DNA from: Azolla caroliniana
Lineage: Eukaryota > Plantae > Polypodiophyta
Direction: 5' to 3'
DNA length: 64,000 bases
Assembly (NCBI GenBank): GCA_043228905.1
Contig: JBHGNT010000007.1
Location: 6,200,001 to 6,264,000, forward strand
Part shown: positions 34,501-45,377 of the stretch, one piece after another
How positions within the stretch are numbered: the stretch's first letter is position 1
Layout of the letters: each line of letters opens with the position of its first letter
Made by a program: the position numbers and the translations under genes
The notes under the pieces: model-generated
Told to the model about the DNA's origin: nothing
The model's database searches: none
What the model saw: only the letters and a program-made list of their open reading frames with translations

Positions 34501-35574
34501 TATGCCGGCAATCCGGCATGTGCCTTCATTTCCCATCCGGACACAGCCGTGCTCACCGGCTGTGTAGGATGAGAAGTATTTCTTCTCCGGGGTCAGGTGG
34601 AACGACGCTCCGGAATCGACCACCCAGGTCATCTCTACACCGGCAAGGTTCAGCTCCCTCTCTTCGGTAATGAGCATTATCTCTTCTTCACTTGCCGCGA
34701 GTGCCGTCGTTCCTTTCCGGTCCTGCCCTCGCCGATCCAGACCTCTCCGGTCCGTGGCTCCCCGGTATGCACCGTTTCTCTCTGGTGACTTCTTCGAATC
34801 GGTGTCGTCGGCTCCGTTGTCTTTTCGGTAATGCCGATAGTTCTTCCGGAAGTGCCCCGGCTTCCCACAGTGGAAGCATGTGGGCCTTCCTCTTGACTGC
34901 GACCGGGTCCCCGACTTCTCCCGTCTTTGCGGACTCCGGTTCCATTGTTTTCCCCGATCCGATTCGGTAAGCAGCATCTTCGGATCGGAAACCGGTTCTT
35001 TATCTCTCCGACGCGCTTCTTCGTTCAAAATGCTTGTCTTTACCGTTTGTAGAGACAAGTTATCTTCGGTGCAGGACGTGCTGAGAGTCACCACCAAGTT
35101 CTCCCAGCTTTCCGGCAATGTACACATCAGAATGATGGCTTGCATTGCATCCTCCAACGGGAACTTGATCGCCGCAAGCTGGTTCACGAATCCCATGAAC
35201 GTGCTCACGTGTTCCACCATATTCTCGCCGTCCCGGTACTTGAGGTTCACTATCTTCCTCATCAGGGAGGTCCGGTTCAACGCATTCTTCCTCTCGTAGA
35301 GGCCCGACAGCTTCTTCCACATCTCATATGCGTTGGTGTCGTTCGCCACATGTTGTAGAACGCTTACATCGACATATTGCCGGATCGTCGCTACGGCTTT
35401 CCGGTTCAGGAGCTTCCACTCCGACTCTATTACCCCCTTGGGTATCTCGGCATTGTCGATCGGTTCATACAGGTCTCGGACGATGAGAAGGTCTTCCATC
35501 TTTATCTTCCAATCGGCGTAGTTCTGTGAGTTCAACACCATCATGCCCGGAGGCCCACTACCGCCGCCTTCCAT
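31501..35574 (-). pseudogene. gag-pol: Copia E gag-pol with two nonsense changes (32848 and 31663)
   Basis: All copia domains are in order and in one frame; CAG>TAG and CGA>TGA stops. Confidence 0.93.
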
Positions 35575-37267
35575 TTTCTGTGTTACCGTCGCTCTGATAC
35601 CAATTTGTTGCAAAACAGCGCTCGATCACAAACCAAGGAATAGGATCAACTCACAGAAAACGGGAAATACAAAGTGCACGAGGACAATAGAGAGAGGAGT
35701 ACACAGGATGTTTTACGTGGAAAACCCTAAATGGGAAAAACCACGGGAGTCCTCAAACTCCAACTATCACTATAAACAGAGGTGTACAATGGTGAAGCTA
35801 CAAGGCAACGACCTTGAGCTCACTGTCTTCGCCACAGGCGGCGGTGATACACAGAGATGTCGACCTCTTCGTTTCTCTCCCTCTCTCTCCGCTGCTCTCA
35901 CTTTGCTCTCTAGACTGAAAACATAAAAATGAGCAACAACATTTAAACTGTTTGCCCTAAGTCATATTTATACACATATGACTTTCGGGCTATTTACAAA
36001 TATAGCCTCAAGGGCTCTTGGCAAACATATTCACAAATATGTCCCCGCATCCGGATCTCTCTCCGGGTACATTTGTCATCCGGCTCCGTAACCGGGGTCT
36101 TCAGCATCCGGCTCCGTAGCCGGAGTCTTCAGCATCCGGCTCCGTAGTCGGGGTCTTCAGCATCCGGCTCCGTAACCGGAGTCTTCATCATCCGGCTCCG
36201 TAGCCGGGGTCTTCATCATCCGGCTCCGTAGCCGGGGTATTCATCATCCGATTCCCGGACATCCGACCATCCCATCCGGAGGGACCGTAATCCCAACATA
36301 ATCTTACATTGATCGTCATCTCTTCGATAATTCTGCAAACATCCTCCCTAGTCCAAGACCCCGGTGGTTGCTCGAGTAGCACATGCACACGCGAATCTTC
36401 ACGACATCATTTGGTGAACCCGATGTGAAGAGCAGTAGGGGAGGACGAAGATGGATGGCGAATATCTCATGGAGGCAATGTCAAAAAGGATGATGGAGTT
36501 TTTGAGAGAAGGGAAAAGAATAAATGAAGCCCAACAAGCCGTCGACAAGGTAGTCGAGTGAGTGAGCTATTTCAACGGCGCCAAAGTCCAAAGTTTCCTA
36601 AAAGTCTACAATGCGGAGATGGATTCAAGAGGTGTGGACAAAGCTATGAGGCTAGATTACTTTTGTCGGGTGGTGTCTCAACCGATCTTCAAAGATGTAA
36701 AAGAGGTTCTAGAAGCTCCTGATTCGTGGGTGACTTTCGAGAAGGCTCTATTGGAGGAATATGGCTATGAGAGACTGAAGGGACGAGATCGACGCAACTT
36801 CGACCAATGGGTGACATCAGCGAAGACCCACCAAGGTGCATAACAAGCATTCGTAGACTTCGAGCATCATTTTTCTCAACTCTCGGAGCGGGAACAAAGA
36901 TTAGTGGGGGTCGATAAGGTCCTTATGTTCGTGAAGTCAATCGATCGAATGGAAAGGATGTCCATCGGCCTCAAACTCGGCACGCGGCCACGGTCGTCTT
37001 GTTCGGTAACGCTCAGCCCTCCACCTGGTTCATCAGGTCCACCCATGGTAGCACCAGGTATCGGCTGTCCATCTGTCGATCCCGGCACCTCACTGCTCCC
37101 TCCTCCATCTCGTACTTGCCTCTCAAAGGCTTGACCGGACCGCTATCACCGGTCACTCGTTGTCGCTCTTCTGGTTGCATTCTTGTTCTTTGGCCCTCCG
37201 TCAATCGTAATGCATGCTCTGTATCGCGCCGTAGTGCATGCATTGTGTTACACACTTCTCCCGCCAT

Positions 37268-37817
37268 TGTCGTGAAGATTTTCGTCCATAGGCGGAAACC
37301 GGGGTGGGAAGGGCAAGTCGGTGGTGTGCTACATGTGCACATGTAAACTAGGATATGGTGTATAGAAAGAGAGGGGAAATTTTATCCCACATTGTAAGGT
37401 CCCTCCCTCCTTGGGCTATAAAAGGAAGGGAGGGGTCACTTATGAAGGGTTACCTATTTTGAGGGAGAGAGGCATACCACTTAGGTCGAGGGTTTCCTAT
37501 TCGGTTTTAGGGTTTCGGTTAGGGTTTTCTTCTTGGGTTTTCCTTTAGGGTTTTCTTATAGTCGTTTGGTGCGGCTGTGGCGGCCACCATTGTAAAGCGT
37601 TTATGTTTTCTTAATAGAACTTCTTGTTGAGTATCTTGACTCCATCTTCTTCACCTTCATCTTCTTCTTCTTCTATCATAATGTCATATTCGTTCTCTTC
37701 TCCTCTTGAGCTATGAGCTAACCTTCCATTCGTTGTCTTAACCTTTCTCCTCTACTCCCTAGTCCAAGACCCCCGTGGTCCCGCCCCTTCTACACGCACG
37801 CGCGTAACAATGCGACA
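37268..37817 (+). mobile_element. Solo LTR related to the H LTR, antisense within H
   Basis: TGTCGTGAAGATTT...GCGACA termini, TSD CCAT on both sides. Confidence 0.88.
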
Positions 37818-38544
37818 CCATAGTCCCGACCTCTGCGTCGGCCTCTTCTCCCTTCGGTGCCGTAGCCCCTTCCAATTCCGGCTTATCGTCTTGGCCCCAC
37901 TCATCCATCATTCCGTATCGGATACCCGTTCCGGTAACTTCCTCCACTCCGGCTTCCGACTCCTCGCCGCCACCCGTCGTCTCTCCGGTCTTACGTCGAT
38001 CCGCAATCCCCGAAGTCTCTAGAATAGGTGTGGAGGGTTCCTCTTGTTTCCGGTCTTCCATCGGACTGTAGTCGTTGCGTCTGCTTGGCCTCCTTCTCAC
38101 GCTCACCGGCTCCCACCACGTGTCGTGGCTCATGTACCTCAACCTCCAATCATGCCGGCATAGCCCTTGCCCGGATCAGTCTCGGCCGATTGGGTTCTAG
38201 TTCAGTCGGCTCTCTTCCATGATTGTAGTCGGCCGATATGGGTTCAACCAAACAATGCCGGCCTTGCCGGCTCTTCTTTGGTTCGGGCCCGGTTGATCGG
38301 ACCACGCTCCAATCTTCTTCTGTGTCATCTTCCGGTCGTGTTGGATTACCGACCGGTTCGTCTTCTGGTTGGGACGGTTCTCGACTTTGCCGCTCTCGGC
38401 CTCCCTTTCAGTCCTTCCGCACGTGCCCGCTTTGGGCCTCGCATCCTCACGGCCACCACCCATCCCTCTGGTCTTATGTTGGTAGGCAACCGCCGAAGTG
38501 TCTGGCCCCGGTATCGAGGGATCTTCCTCGTTCTTGTTTCGGTC

Positions 38545-38872
38545 ACCCGCCTTGCCGCCACCACCATCTATCACTCTAGGTCTCACACTGGCTCTTGGGT
38601 CGGATGCCGGAGTCTCTAGAACCGGCGTGGGTAAGGTCCCGGCACCGCCGCTCGTCATGTCCGTAGCCACCTCCGTTCGGACTTCGTTGTCCACGGCTAC
38701 CCCGTCCCTGATTACGCAAGCCTCCTCCTCTTCCTCATTCTCCTTGTCGTCATCTTGGTTGCCCGCCTTGCCACCATCACCGTTCATCACTCTAGGTCTC
38801 ACACCGGCTCTCGGGCCGGACGCCAGAGTCTCTAGAATCGGTGTGGGTAAGGTCCCGGCACCACCACTCTTC
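38545..38872. repeat. 216-bp-period internal duplication in H
   Basis: CCCGCCTTGCC...GGTAAGGTCCCGGCACC at about 38546 and 38762; encodes GAGTLPTP(I/V)LET twice. Confidence 0.8.
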
Positions 38873-41030
38873 TCCTCCCCGCTTGATGTTTCGGGCCACC
38901 ATGTCCTGAATCTTTCACCCACTCTCGAAGTGGCGCTCACCGGCCTCATCCATGGCCGTCCCTCTCCCATGTCGTCGTCGTTGCACGCTTAGCCGGCCTC
39001 CCATACCAACGCCTCTAGGTCATACTCCTCCATTTGATCGCATGTTGAGCTCTCTTCCAGTGGTAGTGCGTAGTCGCTCACCGCTCTCCTTTCTCCACCA
39101 CTCGTGGGCCGTGATGTAGCCAACCACCTCACATCATGTTGCCGGCACACCCACTCTATTTTGGACCACTCCTCAGTGAGACCGTGTGCCCCGTAATCAT
39201 CTTGAAGCTCGAATAGGAGGTCCATTCTTTCCTCTTGATGGACCGTCTTCAAAAATAGGAGGACTTTGTCCGCCCCCACCGATCTTCGATCCTACTCTTG
39301 GAATGCCTCCATCGCGCTTCGATAGGGCTTCACCAACGCCACCCATCGATCGAACTCGTGTTGAGCTGGCTCCTCCGGTTTCGCGTACCCGTACGCCTCT
39401 AATAGAGCTCCCTCAAAGGACTTCCATGACTCGTGAGCTTCTTGAAGCTCCTTGACCTCTTTGTGCACCGATACGGCCGCCACTCAACGAAAATATTCTA
39501 GCCGCATCGCTTCGTCCACACCCCTCTCCGTCATTTCGGCATTGTAAGCTCCCAAAAATTTTGGGGTATCATTCCCGTTGAATCGACCAACTCGACCAAC
39601 CACCCTTTCAACGACTTGTTGAGCCACATCTCGCTTCGCCTTCTTCCGTTCAGCATCCATCATGATCTTTGCCATTATCTCCGCGAAGTCGAAGTCTTCT
39701 TCCATCTCCGTCCTCCCTTGCTGCCTCTTCACATCGGGTTCACCAAATTATGTCGCGATATTCCGCGAGTATGTGTAGGATCCGAGGCGGGACCACGGGG
39801 GTCTTGGACTAAGGAGTAGAGGAGGAGGAATAAGACACAAAATGGAAGCTTAGCTCAAGAGGAGAAGGGGAAGAATAGCACATTAAAATAGAATAGAATA
39901 GATGGAGGCAAGATACACCCACAAGACAAGAAACATCAACATGCTATATTAAGAGTTCACAAAAGATTACAACCAAGGCCGCATAGGCTGCACCCAAAAC
40001 GACTACAAGAAAACCCTAACCCGATAAGTAAGAAAAGAAGCATAGAAACCCTAAAAGAAACCCAAGAGGAAACCCTAGAAGAAACCCTAAAACCAAATAG
40101 AACCCCTCGACCTAAGTGGTATACCTCTCTCCCTCAAACTAGGCAACCCTTTCACAAGTGACCCCTCCCTTCCTTTTATAGCCCAAGGAGGGAGGAACAT
40201 TACAATGTGGGATAAATACCCCCCCCTTATTCTATACACTGTTTCCTACTATACATGTGCACATATGGCACACCACTCACTTGCCCTATTCCACCCCGGT
40301 TTCACACTATAGCCAGAAATCTTCACGACAACGTGCTTCAACCACGTTGTCGTGCCTTTCGGCTCCGGATCGTTGCGTGAGTCAGGTGGGAACCACCAGG
40401 GTTTTGGACTAGGAGGAAGAAGAATTTGAGGCTAATCTAGTTATGAATATGAATAGATTATAAGGAAGAGATATAGAAACTTGTGAATCCCACAAGTATA
40501 ATTGTTTTAGTTTATCTTAATCGTAGTAATAAATTGAAATAGTTTAGAATAGATTAGAGTAGATTGAGAAAAGAGATCAAACCTTGTGAATACCACAAAT
40601 ATTACGTTAATCAATATTTATGTAAGAATATGAATTTAGATTGAAAGAGATAGATTATATAAAACTTCGTGAATCCCACGATTCTATTTTATTATTGGTG
40701 TTTTAGGAAATATATCCAATTTCCCAAATATTTCACACACCTATTACATTGTGCTCCCCATCCTTATGTAGTGATGAGGGAGTCTTAAGAATCCAAGCTT
40801 TTTTTTTTCTAGCTATAGACTCCATGCTTTTCCTATAGATAGACTATATGCTTTATCTAAAGTGATCATGCTTTTTCTAACTTGTGCGTTTTTTATCAAC
40901 TATAGTGTTCATGCACGCTAGATGTGCATGCGTAGCTTTTTCTTTTAGCATGTGTTTTTCTTTTAACTAAAGTTTATCCTAGGTGAAGTAACTTTTCTAT
41001 GTGAAACATGTACTTTTTAACACTAATGAA

Positions 41031-41100
41031 ATGCTAGTGCAATGGTAAGACATTACATTATTAACATGGAGGTGCAAAGTTCAAATCTTGCCCTATGCAT
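41031..41100 (+). ncRNA. tRNA-derived Pol III A/B-box cassette in the I 3' LTR
   Basis: A box TAGTGCAATGG at 41035, B box GTTCAAATC at 41079, downstream T-run. Confidence 0.6.
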
Positions 41101-41732
41101 GTTATATATATATATTAATGTTTTCTACTATTTATTCATATTTATTAAATCGGTACTTTATAAGTTTTTCACGTAGTGTATGAAATACACTATGACACTC
41201 GCCCCCTCCGAATCCGCACATCCTCCGGTATGTGCGGAAGTTGTCGGTGATTGTTAGTCTCATTCGTCCATTCTCCGCATGGTTGGTTTCGTCGCTGGTC
41301 ATTTTTGGTTGCCAGCCCCGTTCGGTCTCCGGATTTTGGTTGCTGGCTCCGCCCGGTTTCTGGTTCAGTTCAGGTTGCTAGCTCTATCTAGTCTCCGATT
41401 ACCGGCCCTCGTAATTCTTCGTTACTTGTTGTACCCTCCGTTTCTCTCTCTATGTCAGCTTTGTCTCTCCAATTTGGGCACATCCATTCTTTCCACCCGA
41501 ACCATTGTCGCCATCCGATCCACCATATTCATTGTTCTCTCTCGTCATAGAATCTCGCATTAGTGTTTACGTTCTTCCTGTTAGAGCCTTTCTTCTTTGT
41601 TGAGATCTCATCGTTAATAATACCCTTCAAAATCGCTTGGCCCTTGTCATCCGTGGTAGTGTCTTTTCCTGGCCTCTTCATCAACCTTGACTTTTTTCCG
41701 GATCGATCTCGTCTGATCGGCTTTCGGTTGAG

Positions 41733-43349
41733 TCATATTAGCTTCTTTCCGATTCGGTCTCGTCCGATTGGCTTTCGGTTGGATCGGCTTCCGATTGGAT
41801 TCGTATTCGGCCGAATCGGACTCGGTTGATCAGTTTTTACCGATTCGGCCCCCTTCCGGGTCGGTTTCAATCTATCGGTTTCGGTTTCGGTTGGCTTTCT
41901 TTTCCTCGTTTTCACCGGCCTCGACCGGTTCAACCTCCGACTAAGTCGAATTAGCTTCTTTCCAGATCGGTCTCGTTCGATGGACTTCCAGTTGGAATGA
42001 TTTCCGTCCATGTCGAACTCTCGGATTTTGTCCGGATCCACCTCCGCTTGCTTTAGCTTTCTTTTAGACTGGAATTTCAGACACATCATCTTCCATCCAA
42101 ACCGGCTTCCGACTTTACCTTCCTTGCTGCCATCCCCCGTCTCTCCGGTCTCACGTTGGTTCTCAGATGCAACCGCCAAAGTCTGTAGGATTAGTGCGCA
42201 TGGACCCTCGGTATTATCATCCTCTGTCATTTCAACCATAGCCACCTTCTCAGCTATCTCTCCGTCGTATGAATCGGCTTCGACCTTTGTTTTCTCTCCA
42301 CCACCTTCCGTCTCTTCGGTCTCACGGTGCCTTTCGAACGCAACCGCCGGAGTCTTTGGAATCAGTGGTGGGGAAATCTCAATATGGCCATCCGCCATTG
42401 ATTCGTCCATAGCCACCTTCGATTCGATGTCATCTTTCGTGGCGACCTCCTCAATCAAGTCCTCCTTGCTCTCTTTCACTGCATCAATTATGCAAACATC
42501 AATTATGCTTACCCCTTTTTCACCCGATGTTTCGGACACTTGTATTCCGAAATCTTCTTCTACACTTGGGTTATCGGCCTTATCCTTCATCGTCGTTCTT
42601 TCGCAAGACAAGAGGGTAGCTTGTTTTACACCCTCTTCGGTCGCACCATCATGTTGTATTTCGGCCTTCATATCGGCTCCATCGTTTGTCTTCAATCGAC
42701 CATCCTTCATCGGCCATGTCGTTGACAAGATTCTCATCTTCCTCTCATCATGTCTCCGGCATACCCTTTGGACTTCGGCCCAATCTTTGGTAAGACCATC
42801 CACACCGTCATCGTCTTCGAGTTTGATCCCGATGTCCATCCTTTCTTTTCGATCGATCAATTTTACGAACATTAGGATTTTATCCTCTCCCACCAATCTT
42901 TGTTCCCGCTTCGAGAGTCGAGCAAAACGATGCTCGAACTCTAGGAATACTTGTGTTGCACTCCGGTAGGTCTTCTCCGATGCCACCCATTCGTCGAATT
43001 CTCGCCGATCTTGTCCCTTCGATCTCTTGAAATCATATGCCTCTCGTAAAGCTTCTTCAAAGGACTCCCATGTCGGGTTTTGTTGCCCTATTTTGTGGAT
43101 TCTCTCTTGTAACTCATCTGTGACTACTCGATTGAAGGAAGTCAGTTGCAATCCTTTCGGTATCCCACATCGCATCATCTCAGCCTTGTATTCACATAGA
43201 TAGCGTGACACATCCTTTCTGTCGAATTCCCCGTTTCTTTGCACAAGCCGCGCTACTACCGATTTCATCTCCGACATTGTGCGTTGCTCTTCTTGCATCC
43301 GCTTAATCATCATCATCATCATATTCATCGCTTCTTGTTGATTCTCCAT
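41733..43349 (-). CDS. gag: Gag-like protein with an acidic, repetitive C-terminal extension, no zinc knuckle
   Basis: Open frame of more than 530 codons. RLVQRNGEFDRKDVSRYL matches the gag of element J. The start codon is uncertain. Confidence 0.75.
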   Translation of the reverse strand: MENQQEAMNMMMMMIKRMQEEQRTMSEMKSVVARLVQRNGEFDRKDVSRYLCEYKAEMMRCGIPKGLQLTSFNRVVTDELQERIHKIGQQNPTWESFEEALREAYDFKRSKGQDRREFDEWVASEKTYRSATQVFLEFEHRFARLSKREQRLVGEDKILMFVKLIDRKERMDIGIKLEDDDGVDGLTKDWAEVQRVCRRHDERKMRILSTTWPMKDGRLKTNDGADMKAEIQHDGATEEGVKQATLLSCERTTMKDKADNPSVEEDFGIQVSETSGEKGVSIIDVCIIDAVKESKEDLIEEVATKDDIESKVAMDESMADGHIEISPPLIPKTPAVAFERHRETEETEGGGEKTKVEADSYDGEIAEKVAMVEMTEDDNTEGPCALILQTLAVASENQRETGETGDGSKEGKVGSRFGWKMMCLKFQSKRKLKQAEVDPDKIREFDMDGNHSNWKSIERDRSGKKLIRLSRRLNRSRPVKTRKRKPTETETDRLKPTRKGAESVKTDQPSPIRPNTNPIGSRSNRKPIGRDRIGKKLI

Positions 43350-44069
43350 CTCCTTACCACCTGCCTTCATGCCGGGTTCACCACTTGTGTCGTGCCTTTC
43401 GGCTCCGGATCGTTGCGTGAGTCGGGTGGGAACCACCAGGGTTTTGGACTAGGAGGAAGAAGAATTTGAGGCTAATCTAGTTATGAATATGAATAGATTA
43501 TAAGGAAGAGATATAGAAACTTGTGAATCCCACAAGTATAATTGTTTTAGTTTATCTTAATCGTAGTAATAAATTGAAATAGTTTAGAATAGATTAGAGT
43601 AGATTGAGAAAAGAGATCAAACCTTGTGAATCCCACAAGTATTACGTTAATCAATATTTATGTAAGAATATGAATTTAGATTGAAAGAGATAGATTATAT
43701 AAAACTTCGTGAATCCCACGATTCTATTTTATTATTGGTGTTTTAGGAAATATATCCAATTTCCCAAATATTTCACACACCTATTACATTGTGCTCCCCA
43801 TCCTTATGTAGTGATGAGGGAGTCTTAAGAATCCAAGCTTTTTTTTTCTAACTGTAGACTCCATGCTTTTCCTATAGATAGACTATATGCTTTATCTAAA
43901 GTGATTATGCTTTTTCTAACTTGTGCGTTTTTTATCAACTATAGTGTTCATGCACGCTAGATGTGCATGCGTAGCTTTTTCTTTTAGCGTGTGTTTTTCT
44001 TTTAACTAAAGTTTATCCTAGGTGAAGTAACTTTTCTATGTGGAACATCTATTTTTTAACACTAATGAA

Positions 44070-44140
44070 ATGTTAGTGCAATGGTAAGACATTACATTAT
44101 TAACATGGAGGTGCAAAGTTCAAATCTTGCCCTATGCATG
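44070..44140 (+). ncRNA. tRNA-derived Pol III A/B-box cassette in the I 5' LTR
   Basis: A box at 44074, B box at 44118. Confidence 0.6.
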
Positions 44141-44234
44141 TTGTATATATTTTAATGTTTTCTACTATTTATTCATATTTATTAAATTGGTACTTTATAA
44201 GTTTTTCACGTAGTGTACGAAATACACTACGACA

Positions 44235-45100
44235 ACGTCCCTTTTGATTCATCTCCCTTTTGTATACATTTAGTAACTTCGTAATGTTCCTTCCATCAAA
44301 TTAACCCTCGATCTCCATGACATGGTTGACGGCCTTATCCACGCTTGCATCATTGTCCCGAGATCTCATCATTTGCTCGAAGATTATCATCATTCTTTCG
44401 AACTCTCCAACTTGATTGCTTCAGGATGCCATCTCCAAGTATCGGTCGATCCTTGACTTGATCCTTCCTACCGCTTTGTCCACGTTGGGTTCACCACTTA
44501 ATTATGTCATGAAGATCTGTCACTACGTGCGGATCGTGAGGCAGAACCGCCGGGGTTCTTGACCGGAAGGACTTGAAGTTTTCACTAGCTTTAGTGAGAA
44601 AGGAATTAAGATAGATTGAAAGAGAGAGAGAGATTGAGATAAGATAGAACACTTGACTTTAGATTGAACTCTTCACTTTAGATTTGAAGAACAAGATTGA
44701 TACATCAATTGGGTAACGAATTTCTTACTTTTAATTCTCTTGTTTCTTCTTCATCCACTTTGTTATAGATGCCCCCATGCATATGATGCATGTGAGGGTA
44801 CAAGACATGCATACAATGCATGGAATGCATGGAACGCATGTGATGCATGTTTGCCATTTGGCGCTCATGTATTACATGTGATGCATGATAACCATGTCAC
44901 TCAATCAAGCTCTAATATGAGAATTTACATGTAAAAGTATAATGATAGAAAAAATATTTCTAAGGAAATGACTAAACCTAGTGGTAAGTCTATTGCCTCC
45001 TATCTTGGAGGTGCAAGGTTCAAGCTTTGCTTGCATCCCTTTATATACAAACTTTTACTAGGTTTTTTTAGCCTAGACATTTTTTTGTTTCACACCGAAA
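44235..45100 (-). mobile_element. Gypsy K fragment: LTR 44505 to about 45100, Trp PBS 44481-44496, gag start (continues at 40331-40347); host of H and I
   Basis: U5 is similar to G1, the TAATTAAG spacer is shared, and gag EMNQRDVVEAR is rejoined across insertion I. Confidence 0.75.
44968..45042 (+). ncRNA. tRNA-derived Pol III A/B-box cassette in the K LTR
   Basis: AAACCTAGTGGTAAG...GGAGGTGCAAGGTTCAAGCTTTGC, followed by T-runs. Confidence 0.55.
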
Positions 45101-45109
45101 TCATCGCGA

Positions 45110-45345
45110 TCAACCTGTTTGATCGATCCGTCTATCCGATCCATGTGGTCCGCATCCGACCCGGTGATCCGGTCTATCCAGTCCGGTTCCGGTTCCGTCG
45201 TCGTCCGGTGCCGGTGTCGGTTCCAGCTCCGTCATCGTTTGTCTATCTAGTTCCTTCGTCGTCCATCCGTCCGGTTCCGGTTCCGTCGCTGTCCGTATGT
45301 CGGGTTCCGTCGCCATCCGTCCGTCCGGTTCCGGCTTCGTCCAAA
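45110..45345. repeat. Low-complexity CCGT/CCGG-rich tract
   Basis: Repeated TCCGGTTCCGGTTCCGTCG units. Confidence 0.6.
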
Positions 45346-45377
45346 ACACTATTTGAATAACTTGGCCGCATCCATTC

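Larger units (their letters stand above)
30798..36298 (-). mobile_element. Ty1/copia element E, full-length
   Basis: 693-bp LTRs at 30798-31490 and 35606-36298 (about 3 differences seen), TSD TAATC, PBS at 35591-35602, PPT at 31491-31500. Confidence 0.97.
30361..36980 (+). mobile_element. Gypsy G2 fragment: 5'-truncated LTR (30361-30797 and 36299-36406), PBS 36412-36429, degenerate gag
   Basis: The LTR ends CTTCACGACA, followed by TGGTGAACCCGATGTGAA and gag FNGAKVQSFL...DKVLMFVK. Confidence 0.75.
36980..40330 (-). mobile_element. Gypsy-type element H: 5' LTR 39751-40330, Trp PBS 39728-39745, degenerate gag plus repetitive tail, no pol seen, 3'-truncated
   Basis: LTR termini, PBS, gag VVGRVGRFNGND and flanking ACGT at 40331-40334. 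Confidence 0.78.
40348..44234 (-). mobile_element. Complete non-autonomous gag-only LTR element I (TR-GAG-like)
   Basis: ~850-bp LTRs at 40348-41197 and 43388-44234, TSD ACGT, PBS at about 43366-43383, PPT GGAGGGGGCGAG at 41198-41209, no pol. Confidence 0.93.

Noticed and set aside
42010-42969. 319-aa Ser-rich antisense ORF and similar shadow ORFs over gag/pol
   Set aside because: Mirror frames of the TE coding strands with no independent evidence.
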